Part shown: positions 18,762 to 29,359 of the stretch, in pieces
Numbering within the stretch: the stretch's first letter is position 1
Layout: every line of letters starts with the position of its first letter
NCBI RefSeq assembly: GCF_000007145.1
Contig: NC_003902.1
Coordinates: 2,996,497-3,028,496 of the forward strand
From: Xanthomonas campestris pv. campestris str. ATCC 33913
GTDB lineage: Bacteria; Pseudomonadota; Gammaproteobacteria; Xanthomonadales; Xanthomonadaceae
Reading direction: 5' to 3'
Length of the DNA stretch: 32,000 bases
Position numbers and translations under genes: made by a program
The notes under the pieces: generated by a model
Databases searched by the model: none
The model's input: the letters and a program-made list of their open reading frames with translations, nothing else
Told to the model about the DNA's origin: nothing

Positions 18762-19580
18762 TCAGCCGGCGTCCAGCGCCTGCCGCAGCGGCTGCAGGAA
18801 GTCTTCGGCCCGCTTACGCGCGCTGCGCACATCCGACGCATCGGCCAGGGCCGCCACCAGCGCGCTGCCGACGACCACGCCGTCCGCATCCACCGCCATC
18901 GCGGCAGCACTGGCGGCGTCCTTGATGCCGAAGCCGGCCACCACGGGTGCGCCGGCACGGGCGCGCAGCTGGCGCAGGCGGTCGCTGGCCGCGTGCGTGT
19001 CCAGCCGGTCGGCCGCGCCAGTCACGCCAGAGAAGCTGACGTAATACAAATAGCCCTGCGCAGTGCTGCACAGCATGTCCAGCCGGGCCTCGCCGGTGGT
19101 GGGCGACGCCAAGGCGATCAGCGCCAGACCGACCTCGGTGAAGATGGCGCGGGTCTCGTCGGCCTCCTCGGGCGGCAGGTCGACCAGCAGCACGCCATCG
19201 ATGCCGGCGGCCACCGCGGTTTCGGCAAAGCGCCGCGTGCCGTGGATTTCGATCGGGTTGAGGTAGCCCATCAGTACCACCGGGGTGGTGGCGTCCTCGC
19301 GCCGGAATTCCTGCACGGCTTCGATCACATAGGCCAGCCCGGCACCGCGGCCCAGCGCGCGCTCGGAGCTGCGCTGGATGGTGGGGCCGTCGGCCATCGG
19401 GTCGGAGAACGGCACGCCGAGCTCGATGATGTTCGCACCAGCGCGCACCAGGGCATGCATCACCGGCACGGTGGCTTCCAATGAGGGGTCGCCGGCGGTG
19501 ATGAAGGGAATCAGCGCCTTGCGGCCGGAGTGACGCAGCGCGTCGAAGCACGCAGCGATACGGTCGGGCGCGCGGCTCAT
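18762..19580 (-). CDS. trpA: Tryptophan synthase alpha chain
   Basis: [33 protein letters not shown]...IELGVPFSDPMADGPTIQ...GYLYYVSFSGVTG. Start taken at ATG 19580 (ATGA overlap with the upstream ORF stop). In-frame ATG at 19586 is an alternative. Confidence 0.94.
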   Translation of the reverse strand: MSRAPDRIAACFDALRHSGRKALIPFITAGDPSLEATVPVMHALVRAGANIIELGVPFSDPMADGPTIQRSSERALGRGAGLAYVIEAVQEFRREDATTPVVLMGYLNPIEIHGTRRFAETAVAAGIDGVLLVDLPPEEADETRAIFTEVGLALIALASPTTGEARLDMLCSTAQGYLYYVSFSGVTGAADRLDTHAASDRLRQLRARAGAPVVAGFGIKDAASAAAMAVDADGVVVGSALVAALADASDVRSARKRAEDFLQPLRQALDAG

Positions 19581-20095
19581 GCGCATCCCTCCACCAGTTG
19601 CACGGCGTCCCAGCTTCCCCAGTACATCGATGTCACGCTGCCTTCTCCAGTTTCGTAGCGAACGGCGAGCCCACGCGCGGGGTCATGCCATGTCAGATAA
19701 AGATCCTTGCCGTCGTCACCGCCATAGTGATGCGGCTCGACGCCATAGCCGGCCGGCAGGCGTGCACGCACGCTGGCCTCGCTGTCGCCGATGCGAACGC
19801 CGAAGGGGCCCACGACCCCGGCATCGGTGACGTCGAAGCGGACAACGCGCCCGTCCTCGACCATCATCGCCACGCCCGCGGGCAGCAGCCCTGCTTCCAC
19901 GTAGTCGCACTGTCCGATCGGGCCGGCATTCATCGGCTTCCAGGCGGCCCGCGGCGCCAGCTCGGCGAAGCGCTCGCCAACCCGCACCGCGCCGCTGCGA
20001 TCCAGCGCGAGCGCCGATGCCGCGGCCGCCGCCAGTGCAGACAGGCACAGCAGCGCCATGCCACCGCCGAGGTTGCGCGCGTGCGCTGCGATCAC
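19577..20095 (-). CDS. Hypothetical exported protein encoded between trpB and trpA
   Basis: ORF fills the 512-nt trpB-trpA gap. Two possible starts: GTG 20095 (GTGA overlap with the trpB stop, giving [30 protein letters not shown]) or ATG 20059 ([18 protein letters not shown]). Signal-peptide-like N-terminus. The mature part has a balanced, non-junk composition ([29 protein letters not shown]...[40 protein letters not shown]...). No family recognised. Confidence 0.65.
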   Translation of the reverse strand: MIAAHARNLGGGMALLCLSALAAAAASALALDRSGAVRVGERFAELAPRAAWKPMNAGPIGQCDYVEAGLLPAGVAMMVEDGRVVRFDVTDAGVVGPFGVRIGDSEASVRARLPAGYGVEPHHYGGDDGKDLYLTWHDPARGLAVRYETGEGSVTSMYWGSWDAVQLVEGCA

Positions 20096-21309
20096 AGCAC
20101 CATGCCTTCGCGTGCGGCGATGGTGTGCACGTCCTTGTCGCCACGGCCGGACAGGTTGCACAGCACCAGCGCGTCCTTGGGCATTTCGCGCGCAAGCTTG
20201 ATCGACTGCGCGACCGCATGGCTGGATTCCAGCGCGGCCAGGATGCCTTCGGTATGCGCCAGCAAGTGGAACGCGGCCAGCGCTTCGTCGTCGGTGATGC
20301 CCTGGTACACGGCACGGCCGCTGTCGGAGAGGAAGGCATGCTCCGGCCCCACGCCTGGGTAGTCCAGGCCCGCCGAGACCGAATGGGTCTCGATGATCTG
20401 GCCGTCGTCATCGCAGATCACATACGTGCGATTGCCGTGCAGCACGCCGGGGCGCCCGGCGGCGATCGATGCCGCATGGCGGCCGCTGGCAATGCCATCA
20501 CCCGCCGCTTCGGCGCCGTAGATCTTGACGCCGGGGTCGTTCAAGAACGCATGGAACAAACCGATGGCGTTGCTGCCGCCGCCCACGCAGGCGCTGATCG
20601 CATCCGGCAGGCGGCCGTAGTCTTCCAGCATCTGCGCACGCGCTTCGCGGCCGACGATGGCGTTGAAATCGCGCACCATGCGCGGATACGGATCCGGGCC
20701 GGCGACGGTGCCGATGATGTAGAAGGTGTCCTGCACGTTGCTGACCCAGTCGCGCATCGCTTCATTCAGCGCGTCCTTGAGCGTGGCCGAGCCCGAGGTG
20801 ACTGGGATGACCTTCGCACCGAGCAACTGCATGCGGTAGACGTTGATCTTCTGCCGTTCGATGTCGGTCGCGCCCATGTAGACCACGCATTCCAGGCCCA
20901 GCCGCGCCGCGACGGTGGCACTGGCCACGCCATGCTGGCCGGCGCCGGTCTCGGCAATGATGCGGGTCTTGCCCATGCGGCTGGCCAGCAGCGCCTGGCC
21001 GATGGTGTTGTTGATCTTGTGCGCGCCGGTGTGGTTCAGGTCTTCGCGCTTGAGCAGGATCTGCGCCCCGCCCACTTCGCGGCTCAGCCGCTCGGCGTGG
21101 TAGATCGGGCTGGGGCGGCCGACGTAATGTTTGAGATCCTTGTCGTACTCGGCAATGAAGGCCGGATCCTGGCGCGCCAGATCGTAGGCGGCAGACAGTT
21201 CCTGCAGGGGCGCGATCAAGGTTTCCGCGACGAAGCGCCCGCCAAACTTGCCGAAATGGCCGGCGGCATCCGGGTACGCATGAAAGTCACTGATGGGCTG
21301 GGCCGACAT
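20092..21309 (-). CDS. trpB: Tryptophan synthase beta chain
   Basis: 405-aa ORF: [14 protein letters not shown]-lysine region [24 protein letters not shown], and a C-terminal region typical of TrpB. GGAGG lies 10 nt upstream of the ATG. Confidence 0.97.
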   Translation of the reverse strand: MSAQPISDFHAYPDAAGHFGKFGGRFVAETLIAPLQELSAAYDLARQDPAFIAEYDKDLKHYVGRPSPIYHAERLSREVGGAQILLKREDLNHTGAHKINNTIGQALLASRMGKTRIIAETGAGQHGVASATVAARLGLECVVYMGATDIERQKINVYRMQLLGAKVIPVTSGSATLKDALNEAMRDWVSNVQDTFYIIGTVAGPDPYPRMVRDFNAIVGREARAQMLEDYGRLPDAISACVGGGSNAIGLFHAFLNDPGVKIYGAEAAGDGIASGRHAASIAAGRPGVLHGNRTYVICDDDGQIIETHSVSAGLDYPGVGPEHAFLSDSGRAVYQGITDDEALAAFHLLAHTEGILAALESSHAVAQSIKLAREMPKDALVLCNLSGRGDKDVHTIAAREGMVL

Positions 21310-21420
21310 GGGAGCTATTCCTCCGCAACACTGCGGAAATACGGGAAAGACGCACTCTAACGCAGGCGACGTAGCGGATAAATCGATAAGATCGCCGCAA
21401 CCTGTGACCTGTACTCACAT

Positions 21421-22317
21421 ATGCCCACCTCCCTGCCCCCGCTTGCTGCCTTGCGCGCCTTTGAGGCCGCGGCGCGCCTGCAAAGTGTCAGCCGCGCCGC
21501 CGACGCCCTGCACGTGACCCACGGTGCCATCAGCCGGCATGTGCGTTCTCTGGAACAGCTATTGGGCACCGCCCTGTTTACCCGCCAGGGCCGCGGGCTG
21601 GTGCTGACCGCCGCCGGCACGCGCCTGCGCGATGCCACCAGCGAGGGCTTTGCGCTGATCGCCGACACCTGGGCGGACCTGGCCAGCCCGCGCAACGAGG
21701 CGCCGTTGGTGCTGGGCTGCTCCGGCAGCCTGCTGGCGCGCTGGGTGATTCCGCGGCTGGGCCGGCTGCAGCGCGATCTGCCCGATCTGCGCGTGCATCT
21801 GTCGGCAAACGAGCAACCGCCCGGGCCGGACCTGGACGGCCTGGACGCCGCGCTGCTGCTCGACACCCCGCCCTGGCCGGGCGACTGGCAGGTGCACGAG
21901 CTGGGCGTGGAGTGGATCGGGCCGGTGCTCAGCCCGCAAAGCCCGCTGGCGACCCAGCTGGCCGGGCAGCCGCCGCACGCACTGCTGGCGCACCCGCTGC
22001 TGCATACCCGTTCACGCCCGCAAGCCTGGCCGGACTGGGCGCAGGCGCATGGCATCCCGGCCGACAGCTTGCGCTTCGGCACTGAGTTCGAGCATCTGAT
22101 GTATCTGCTGGAAGCCGCTGCGGCCGGACTGGGCGTGGCGATCGCGCCGCAATCGCTGGTCGCCGCCGACCTGGCGGCCGGGCGGCTGGTGGCGCCGTGG
22201 GGCTTTACCCCGACCCGGGGCCGCTGGGGCCTGTGCGCGGCGCGGCGCAATCCCGATCCGCGGATCGCACAGCTTGCCGGCTGGTTGCGCGGCGAGCTTG
22301 CGGCGGATCAGCCCTGA
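21421..22317 (+). CDS. LysR-family transcriptional regulator, GcvA/TrpI-like, divergent from trpB
   Basis: 298-aa ORF. N-terminal wHTH: LPPLAALRAFEAAARLQSVSRAADALHVTHGAISRHVRSLEQLLG. LysR substrate-binding domain follows. Divergent arrangement with trpBA mirrors Pseudomonas trpI-trpBA. Confidence 0.85.
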   Translation: MPTSLPPLAALRAFEAAARLQSVSRAADALHVTHGAISRHVRSLEQLLGTALFTRQGRGLVLTAAGTRLRDATSEGFALIADTWADLASPRNEAPLVLGCSGSLLARWVIPRLGRLQRDLPDLRVHLSANEQPPGPDLDGLDAALLLDTPPWPGDWQVHELGVEWIGPVLSPQSPLATQLAGQPPHALLAHPLLHTRSRPQAWPDWAQAHGIPADSLRFGTEFEHLMYLLEAAAAGLGVAIAPQSLVAADLAAGRLVAPWGFTPTRGRWGLCAARRNPDPRIAQLAGWLRGELAADQP

Positions 22318-22369
22318 TCAGAGGCGAGGCGCTACATCGAGCAGCGGCGTCTTCGCGCTACCACGCATG

Positions 22370-22391
22370 AAAAAAGCCCCGGAAACCGGAG
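22370..22391 (-). terminator. Probable intrinsic terminator for the minus-strand trpF-containing transcript
   Basis: Minus strand reads CTCCGG-TTT-CCGGGG, a 6-bp stem including one G-U, followed by CTTTTTT. Lies ~180 nt downstream of the trpF stop. Confidence 0.55.
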
Positions 22392-22411
22392 CCTTGAAGA
22401 GTTCTCAGCTG

Positions 22412-22443
22412 CCCGAAGCGTCTGATGACGCTCCGGGTTTATT
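22412..22443 (+). terminator. Probable intrinsic terminator for the LysR-family gene
   Basis: CCCGAAGCGTC-TGAT-GACGCTCCGGG (11-position stem with one A-C mismatch, i.e. 10 pairs) followed by TTTATT. Lies ~95 nt downstream of the stop at 22317. Confidence 0.55.
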
Positions 22444-22567
22444 GCGCGACGCGCCTGTGCAGGTCACTTCGCCAACGCCTGCATCTGATCTGGCGAACGT
22501 CGGCATCAGCGCGGCACAACCATGGGCTCATACCGCAGCACACTGCAGCGCGCTCAAGAGACCACCG

Positions 22568-23236
22568 TTACGACATCTCGTGACAGTCGGCGCGGCGCAC
22601 TTCTTCGACGAACTTGCGCATCTTGTGGCCGTCCTTGATGCCCGGCGCAAGCTCCACGCCGCTGGACACGTCCACGCCCCACGGCAGGGTCGCCACGATC
22701 GCGTCGAAGACGTTGTCGGCGGTGATGCCGCCAGCCAGCAGGAACGGGCGATGCAGGCCGGTGGGCAGGCGCGACCAGTCGAAGGTCTTGCCGGTCCCGC
22801 CGCCCTCGCCCGGCGCATGGCTGTCGAACAGGAAGCCGGCCGTATTGGGATAGGCGAGCTGCAGGGTCCGCGCGTTGGCGTCTTCGCCATTCACGCCGGA
22901 AGCGCCCATCGGCACCGCCTTGAGATACGGCAGATTGAAGCTGCGGCAGAAGGCGTCGTCTTCTTCGCCATGGAACTGCAGCAAGGTGGGACGCACGGTG
23001 CGCACCACTTCGCGCACTTCTTCCTTGGAGTTGTTGCGGAACAACGCCACCACATCGACCATCGGCGCGGTGGCCTGGCGCATGGCGCGCGCCTCGGCCG
23101 GGGCCACGCGGCGCGGGCTGCCATGGGCGAAGATGAAACCCACCGCGTCCACACCCAGCTCGCCGGCGAGCCGGATGTCGCCGGCGCGGGTCATGCCACA
23201 GAACTTGATGCGGGTGCGGTACAGCGATCGATTCAT
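22568..23236 (-). CDS. trpF: N-(5'-phosphoribosyl)anthranilate isomerase
   Basis: Start at [16 protein letters not shown] (ATG 23236; ATGA overlap with the truA stop). 222 aa. Motifs: KFCGMT, DAVGFIF, LLQFHG, and FLLAGGI near the C-terminus. Confidence 0.93.
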
Positions 23237-24006
23237 TGGGTCACCTCGGCGGGCAGATGCCACTCTGCGGGATACAGCGGCCCGATGAACACCAGGCCTT
23301 GCGGCGGTGCCGTCGGGCCGGCCACAGTGCGGTCGCGTCCGGCGAGCAATGTCGCGATCCAGTCGATCGGCTGTTCACCGGTCCCGACCAAAATCAGCGA
23401 GCCAACAATATTCCGCACCATGTGATGAAGGAATGCATTGGCCTGCACCTGCACCTCCACCACCTCGCCCAGCCGCTGCACGGTGATGGCCTGCAGATTG
23501 CGCCGCGCATGCAGGGCCTGGCATTGCACGCTGCGAAATGCGCCGAAGTCGTTCTCGCCCAGCAATGCCTGCGCGGCGGTGTGCATGGCCTGCGCATCCA
23601 GCGGCCGGCGCTCCCAGCTCAGGGTCTGCCGGTACAGCGCCGGGCGGATCTGCCGGTTGAGCAGGCGATAGCGGTAGCGCCGCGCCCGCGCGGAAAACCG
23701 CGCATGGAAGTCCTCGGCTGCCGGCACGCACCAGCGCACCGCCACCGAGGGCGGCAGCCGCGCGGTGGTGCCCAGCATCCAGCCGCGCGGTTCGCGGCGG
23801 GCATCGCTGTCGAAATGCACCACCTGGCATTCGCCATGCACGCCGGCATCGGTGCGGCCGGCACAGACCACCTGGATCGGCGCATCGGCCACCGACGACA
23901 ATGCCGCCTGCAGGGTTGCCTGCACACTTGGCCCGCCGTGCTCGCCCAGTTGCTGCCAGCCCTGGAACTCGCTGCCGTCATATTCCACGCCCAGCGCGTA
24001 ACGCAT
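23233..24006 (-). CDS. truA: tRNA pseudouridine(38-40) synthase
   Basis: 257-aa ORF: [18 protein letters not shown], catalytic Asp in [22 protein letters not shown]. Confidence 0.95.
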
Positions 24007-24045
24007 CAGTGTCTGCCTCTTGGGGTACCGGTCATGCGCAGCCGA

Positions 24046-24426
24046 CTAGACGCTGCGCTCGGACCACACGGCCAGCGTGGTGCCGCCGGGCTCGCGAAAA
24101 TGAAACCGGCTGCCACCGGGAAAGCCGAAAACCGGCTTGACGATCTGCCCACCGGCGGCGGCAAACTGCTCCAGCACCGGGGCCAGGTCATCGGCATACA
24201 GCACCACCAATGGGCCGGTGTCGGCGGGCGGCGCCGCGGCTGCGCGATAGAAGCCGCCATCCAGCCGGCCATCGTTGAAGGCCAGATAGTCCGGGCCATA
24301 GGCCTGGAACTGCCAGCCGAACACCTGCGCAAAGAACGCGCGGCTGGCCTCCAGGTCGGCGGAGGCGAACTCGATGTAATCGATGCGGCGTTCGCGTGCG
24401 CCAAGCGTGTCCATGGCCGGGCTCAT
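24046..24426 (-). CDS. VOC-fold (glyoxalase/bleomycin-resistance/dioxygenase superfamily) protein
   Basis: 126-aa ORF with the typical beta-alpha-beta-beta-beta half-motifs (IDYIEFASADLEASRAFFAQVFGW ... FHFREPGGTTLAVW). ATGA overlap with the fimV stop. In-frame ATG at 24414 is an alternative start. Confidence 0.75.
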   Translation of the reverse strand: MSPAMDTLGARERRIDYIEFASADLEASRAFFAQVFGWQFQAYGPDYLAFNDGRLDGGFYRAAAAPPADTGPLVVLYADDLAPVLEQFAAAGGQIVKPVFGFPGGSRFHFREPGGTTLAVWSERSV

Positions 24427-26402
24427 GCCAGACGGTCGAGCAGGTCGGCCGCTTCGGCACGGGTCGCCGCATCGCCGGTGGCGGCGACTTCCAGCAACAG
24501 CCCGCGTGCAGTGTCCTTGTCGCCCAAGTCCATGTAGGCCACCGCCAGCTCGAGACGGTCGCGGCCGGCCGAGGCGAATTCGCGCGGCGCAGCAGCACTG
24601 AACGTCTCGGCATGCGGCGCGTCGTCAACCGGCACCGGCGCCGGCGGGGCTGGGTCGAAGTTCAAGCTGTCCTGCTGCGTGGCTGGTGAAGGCGGTGCGT
24701 GTGCGGCAGTCATTGGCGCTGGTACGGGTTCGGGTGCTGGCTCAGCTGCCGGGGCAGGTCTGGCGTCGGCCAGATCGACGGACGGCGCGGCAGGCGTCGC
24801 GCGCAAGGCGCGCCAATCGTCACTGGACACCACCGGGGCAGCTGCGTGCGGCACCGGCTCGGCCAGCTGCGGTTCGCGCCGCAGCACGTCCGACAGCGGC
24901 GGCTGCGTGCCACCGGCGCGTTCGTCTTCGTGCAGATCAATTTGCTCGAACTCGGTCTCCTGCACCACGTCGCGCTCGCTGGGCACGGTGGCGGCGGCGT
25001 CCGCATCCGGCTGGGCCGCAGCAGCTGCAGTGCCGGGCGGAATGAAATCGAAATTGCGGCGCGGCAACGGCGGCAACGGCGATGGCTTGCGGCGGCGCGC
25101 GGCCAGCCAGGCCACCACCGCGGCCACGATCAACACCAGCCCGCCGATCAACCACAGCGGGAATCCGCCGCCCTGCGCGGGCGTGGCCGGGGTCTCGGCC
25201 AGGCGCCGCTGGGCGGCGGCCAGGTCGGTGTCCTTCATGGCGATCAACGCCTGTTGCTGCTGCTTGAGCTTTTCCAGGTCGGCCACGCGGGTGCGCAGCT
25301 CCTGCAGCTCGGCATCGCGGGTGGCGATGTCTTCCTTGGCCTGTTGCAACTGTTCGTTGGCCGCCATCTCGCCCTCGCCTTCGCCACTGGTGCCGGACGT
25401 GGTGCCGGCCTTGTTGGTATCCGTCGCCACCGCGGGGGCGATCTCAAGCCGCGCGCCACCGGCGGCGCCTGCAGCGGCAGCGGCCGCCGGCGCGGGGCTG
25501 GCGGCCGGAGTGGTGCCCGCCTCGGCCGGTTGCGGCATGGGCGCACGCGCCTGCCGCCACTGCGTGGCCTGTTCGCGCACCAGCGCCGCGGCCTCGGCGG
25601 CGCCCACTTCGGCCAGCGCGTCCTGCTGCGGCGTGCGCAACACCGCGCCCTGCTTGAGCCGGTTGATGTTGCCGTTGATGAAGGCATCGGGATTGGTGCG
25701 CAACAACGCCAGCATGGTCTGGTCCAGCGAATGCCCGCTGGAACGCGCCACCCCGGCAGCGATCTCCGACAAGGTCTGGCCCGGGCGCACGGCCGGCAGC
25801 TGGTCGCCCGCTGCGCTGGCCGATGGCGCCGGCGCAGCGGCAGCAGGCCGTGCGGCCGGCCTTTCCACTGCGCTGTCCTGGCGACTTGGTCGCGCGCCGG
25901 AAGCCGCGGCCGGTTCGCGCGCAATGGTGTTGCTGGCACCGGCTTGCGGCGCCTCGATGCCTGGCTCGGCAATCGCCGCTGCGGTATTGGGCGCATCGAC
26001 CAGCGCCGAATACTCGCGCACCAGGCGGCCCTGGTCCCACTCCACTTCGATCAGGAAGTTGATGGCCGGCTGATCGACCGCCTGCGTGCTGGTCACGCGA
26101 ATCACCGCGCGGCCGCGGGCGTCCTGCGCAAACTGGAACTGCAGGTTGCTGACCAAGCCTTGCGGCCGCTCCAGGCCGACCCGCGCAAAAATGGTTGGCG
26201 ATGCCAGCGCCACGCGCGCGTTGTCCAGTTCGCCAGGCTCGTTGGAGATGATCGGGATCTCGGCCACCAACGGCTGCCCGGGTTTGGACAACACCCGGAT
26301 ATCGCCCAACCCCAACGCCATGGCCGCACCACTGCATAACGCCAGCAGCAGCACGCCCACCCCTTGTATCGGGCGCATCGCGCCCCGGCCCCTATGTTTC
26401 AT
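24423..26402 (-). CDS. fimV: FimV-like type IV pilus assembly / peptidoglycan-binding protein
   Basis: Signal peptide MKHRGRGAMRPIQGVGVLLLALCSGAAMA. Start candidates are 26408, 26402 and 26378. LysM-like segment (VRPGQTLSEIAAGV...INRLKQGAVLRTP). Coiled-coil (EQLQQAKEDIATRDAELQELRTRVADLEKLKQQQQ). Single TM (FPLWLIGGLVLIVAAVVAWLAARRR). Acidic Pro/Ala-rich cytoplasmic part. C-terminal FimV TPR-like motif (LELAVAYMDLGDKDTARGLLLEV). Synteny asd-fimV-truA-trpF as in Pseudomonas. Confidence 0.9.
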   Translation of the reverse strand: MKHRGRGAMRPIQGVGVLLLALCSGAAMALGLGDIRVLSKPGQPLVAEIPIISNEPGELDNARVALASPTIFARVGLERPQGLVSNLQFQFAQDARGRAVIRVTSTQAVDQPAINFLIEVEWDQGRLVREYSALVDAPNTAAAIAEPGIEAPQAGASNTIAREPAAASGARPSRQDSAVERPAARPAAAAPAPSASAAGDQLPAVRPGQTLSEIAAGVARSSGHSLDQTMLALLRTNPDAFINGNINRLKQGAVLRTPQQDALAEVGAAEAAALVREQATQWRQARAPMPQPAEAGTTPAASPAPAAAAAAGAAGGARLEIAPAVATDTNKAGTTSGTSGEGEGEMAANEQLQQAKEDIATRDAELQELRTRVADLEKLKQQQQALIAMKDTDLAAAQRRLAETPATPAQGGGFPLWLIGGLVLIVAAVVAWLAARRRKPSPLPPLPRRNFDFIPPGTAAAAAQPDADAAATVPSERDVVQETEFEQIDLHEDERAGGTQPPLSDVLRREPQLAEPVPHAAAPVVSSDDWRALRATPAAPSVDLADARPAPAAEPAPEPVPAPMTAAHAPPSPATQQDSLNFDPAPPAPVPVDDAPHAETFSAAAPREFASAGRDRLELAVAYMDLGDKDTARGLLLEVAATGDAATRAEAADLLDRLA

Positions 26403-26648
26403 GCGCATCAATATAGCCGCTGAATGAGCGAAAGAGTCGGCTTCATCATGCAGAGTGCGTGCGCCGGCGTAATGCCGCAACGCGCCATGCGTGCAGGAGC
26501 ACCGGTGTGGCCATGAACGCGATGGCGAGAGGAGATGCGAATTCGCACGCGGGTGGCAACGGCTGCGTCGCTAGCCCGCTGCATTGTTTAGTTATCCAAG
26601 GATCGTCGCGACCAAGGCGTTGGTCGACGTCAGGAGGCACGAAACAAG

Positions 26649-27178
26649 GTAGGAGCGCACTTGTGCGCGATGGGGCGTTACCGGGCAAGCCTCATCGCGC
26701 GCAAGCGCGCTCCTACGACGCTGAGCGCTCAGGCCTTGCTGTGCACGGCGCCTTGGCCGGCGTCACTGCGGATCACATGTCGGCATCAAAGCGAATCTCA
26801 TGAATGTAGGAGCGCACTTGTGCGCGATGGGGCATTACCGGGCAAGCCGCATCGCGCGCGAGCGCGCTCCTACGACGCTGAGCACTCAGGCCTTGCTGCG
26901 CACGACGCCGGCGTAGGCGTCACGGCGGGCTCGCGTCCGGCATCCACACGAATGAACGTAGGAGCGCACTTGTGCGCGATGGGGCGTTACTGGGAAAGCC
27001 TCATCGCGCGCGAGCGCGCTCCTACCACGCTGAGCGCTCAGGCCTTGCTGCGCACGGCGCCGGCGTAGGCGTCACGGCGAGGCCCACACCCAGCATCAAC
27101 ACGAATGAACGTAGGAGCGCACTTGTGCGCGATGGGGCGTTACTGGGAAAGCCTCATCGCGCGCGAGCGCGCTCCTAC
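26649..27178. repeat. Tandem array of four REP doublets (GTAG-type palindromic elements), period 152-157 bp
   Basis: Units at 26649-26716, 26806-26873, 26958-27025 and 27111-27178. Each unit is GTAGGAGCGCACTTGTGCGCGAT + a 22-nt spacer (GGGGCGTTACCGGGCAAGCCTC or a variant) + ATCGCGCGC[A/G]AGCGCGCTCCTAC, which is an inverted copy of the same REP type. The ~85-nt inter-unit segments are also mutually similar. Confidence 0.9.
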
Positions 27179-27190
27179 GGCGCTGCAGGC

Positions 27191-28216
<1,026 letters not shown>

Positions 28217-28269
28217 GAGAATGTCTTTATCGAAAGGGGAAAGAAAGGGAGCACTGCGGGCTGGGTTCG

Positions 28270-28301
28270 GGGAACCTCCAAAGCTGGCCGCGGAGGTTCC
28301 C
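28270..28301 (-). other. Perfect 10-bp stem / 12-nt loop hairpin starting at the stop codon of the dehydrogenase gene
   Basis: GGGAACCTCC (28270-28279) and GGAGGTTCCC (28292-28301). The stop codon TAG occupies 28301-28303 on the minus strand. No immediate U-tract, but a pyrimidine-rich CCCTTTCTTTCCCCTTTC follows ~25 nt later, before the asd start. Function unproven. Confidence 0.3.
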
Positions 28302-29359
28302 TATCGTTTGGTCGCAGCGGTTTTGGTCGCGCCCACGGTCGCGCCACCGCGTTTGGCAGCCGCCACCGCATCGGCGTTGAGTGCGCTCGGCGGATGCCCA
28401 GCGTTGGCACCCACGCCCAGCGCAGCGATCAGGTTGTCCACCGCCAGCTGCACCATGGCGCGGCGCGTGGCCAGGCTGGCACTGCCGATATGCGGGGTGA
28501 GCACCACGTTGTGCTGCGCCAGCAGTTCCGGGCGCACCCGGGGCTCGCCCTCGTAGACATCGAGACCGGCACCGGCGAGGCGGCCATTGGCCAACGCATC
28601 GGCCAGCGCGATCTCATCGACGATCCCGCCGCGCGCGATGTTCACCAGCGTGGCGGTGGGCCGCATCTTCGCCAGCGCGGCGGCATCGATGATGTGGTGC
28701 GAGGCCTGGGTGTAGGGCAGCACCAGTACCAGGTGATCGGACTGCGCCAGCAAGGTGTCGAGGCCGACATACTGCGCACCCACCGCCTGTTCGGTCTCGG
28801 CCGGCAGCTGGCTGCGGTTGTGATAGAGCACGCGCATGCCGAAGCCATGCGCGCCACGCCGGGCGATGCCCTGCCCGATCCGGCCCATGCCCAGGATGCC
28901 CAGCGTGCTGCCATGGATATCGGCGCCGAGCATGGTCTTGAACGACCACTGCCCCCACTGCCCGTCACGTAGCCAGCGTTCGGCCTCGGTGACGCGGCGT
29001 GCGGTGGCCATCAGCAGGGCAAACCCCAGGTCGGCGGTGGTTTCGCTCAACACATCCGGCGTGTTGCTGGCCAGGATGCCCGCCGCGCTCAGCGCATCGA
29101 TGTCGAGGTTGTTGTAACCCACCCCGACATTGGCGATGGCACGCAGCTGCGGTGCTGCGGCGATTTCCGCTGCACCGATGCGCTCGTTGAGCGTGACCAG
29201 CGCGCCATCCAGCGGCGCGAGCCGCGCGGCGAGGTCGGCGGACGAATACGCCGTGACCTGCGCGGTGGTGACCAGTTCGAAATGCGCGCCCAGCTGTTCG
29301 ACCACATCGTCGAACAACGGCTGGCTGACCCAGACCTTGGGGCGCGCGGTGTCAGACAT
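28301..29359 (-). CDS. D-isomer-specific 2-hydroxyacid dehydrogenase (glyoxylate/hydroxypyruvate/2-ketogluconate reductase-like)
   Basis: 352-aa ORF. NAD-binding [15 protein letters not shown]. Catalytic-region motifs [11 protein letters not shown] and LTPHIGSAS. About 25 extra C-terminal residues of basic Ala/Gly/Thr/Lys low complexity. 8-nt overlap with the aroC end. Confidence 0.88.
   Translation of the reverse strand: MSDTARPKVWVSQPLFDDVVEQLGAHFELVTTAQVTAYSSADLAARLAPLDGALVTLNERIGAAEIAAAPQLRAIANVGVGYNNLDIDALSAAGILASNTPDVLSETTADLGFALLMATARRVTEAERWLRDGQWGQWSFKTMLGADIHGSTLGILGMGRIGQGIARRGAHGFGMRVLYHNRSQLPAETEQAVGAQYVGLDTLLAQSDHLVLVLPYTQASHHIIDAAALAKMRPTATLVNIARGGIVDEIALADALANGRLAGAGLDVYEGEPRVRPELLAQHNVVLTPHIGSASLATRRAMVQLAVDNLIAALGVGANAGHPPSALNADAVAAAKRGGATVGATKTAATKR

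Noticed and set aside
22439-22531. 30-codon ORF (MSPWLCRADADVRQIRCRRWRSDLHRRVAQ) in the trpF 3' UTR
   Set aside because: Arg/Cys-rich composition, no Shine-Dalgarno sequence, and its stop codon lies within the U-tract (22438-22443) immediately flanking the plus-strand terminator stem. More likely non-coding UTR.
26536-26547. Perfect 12-bp palindrome TGCGAATTCGCA upstream of fimV as a regulator site
   Set aside because: It is an isolated short palindrome with no second half-site or known consensus, so it could be chance.
26649-27178. Regularly spaced ~68-nt repeats that superficially resemble a CRISPR array
   Set aside because: The repeats are internally palindromic REP doublets starting with GTAG. 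The intervening 'spacers' are homologous to each other rather than unique. There are only four units, no leader and no cas genes in the window.
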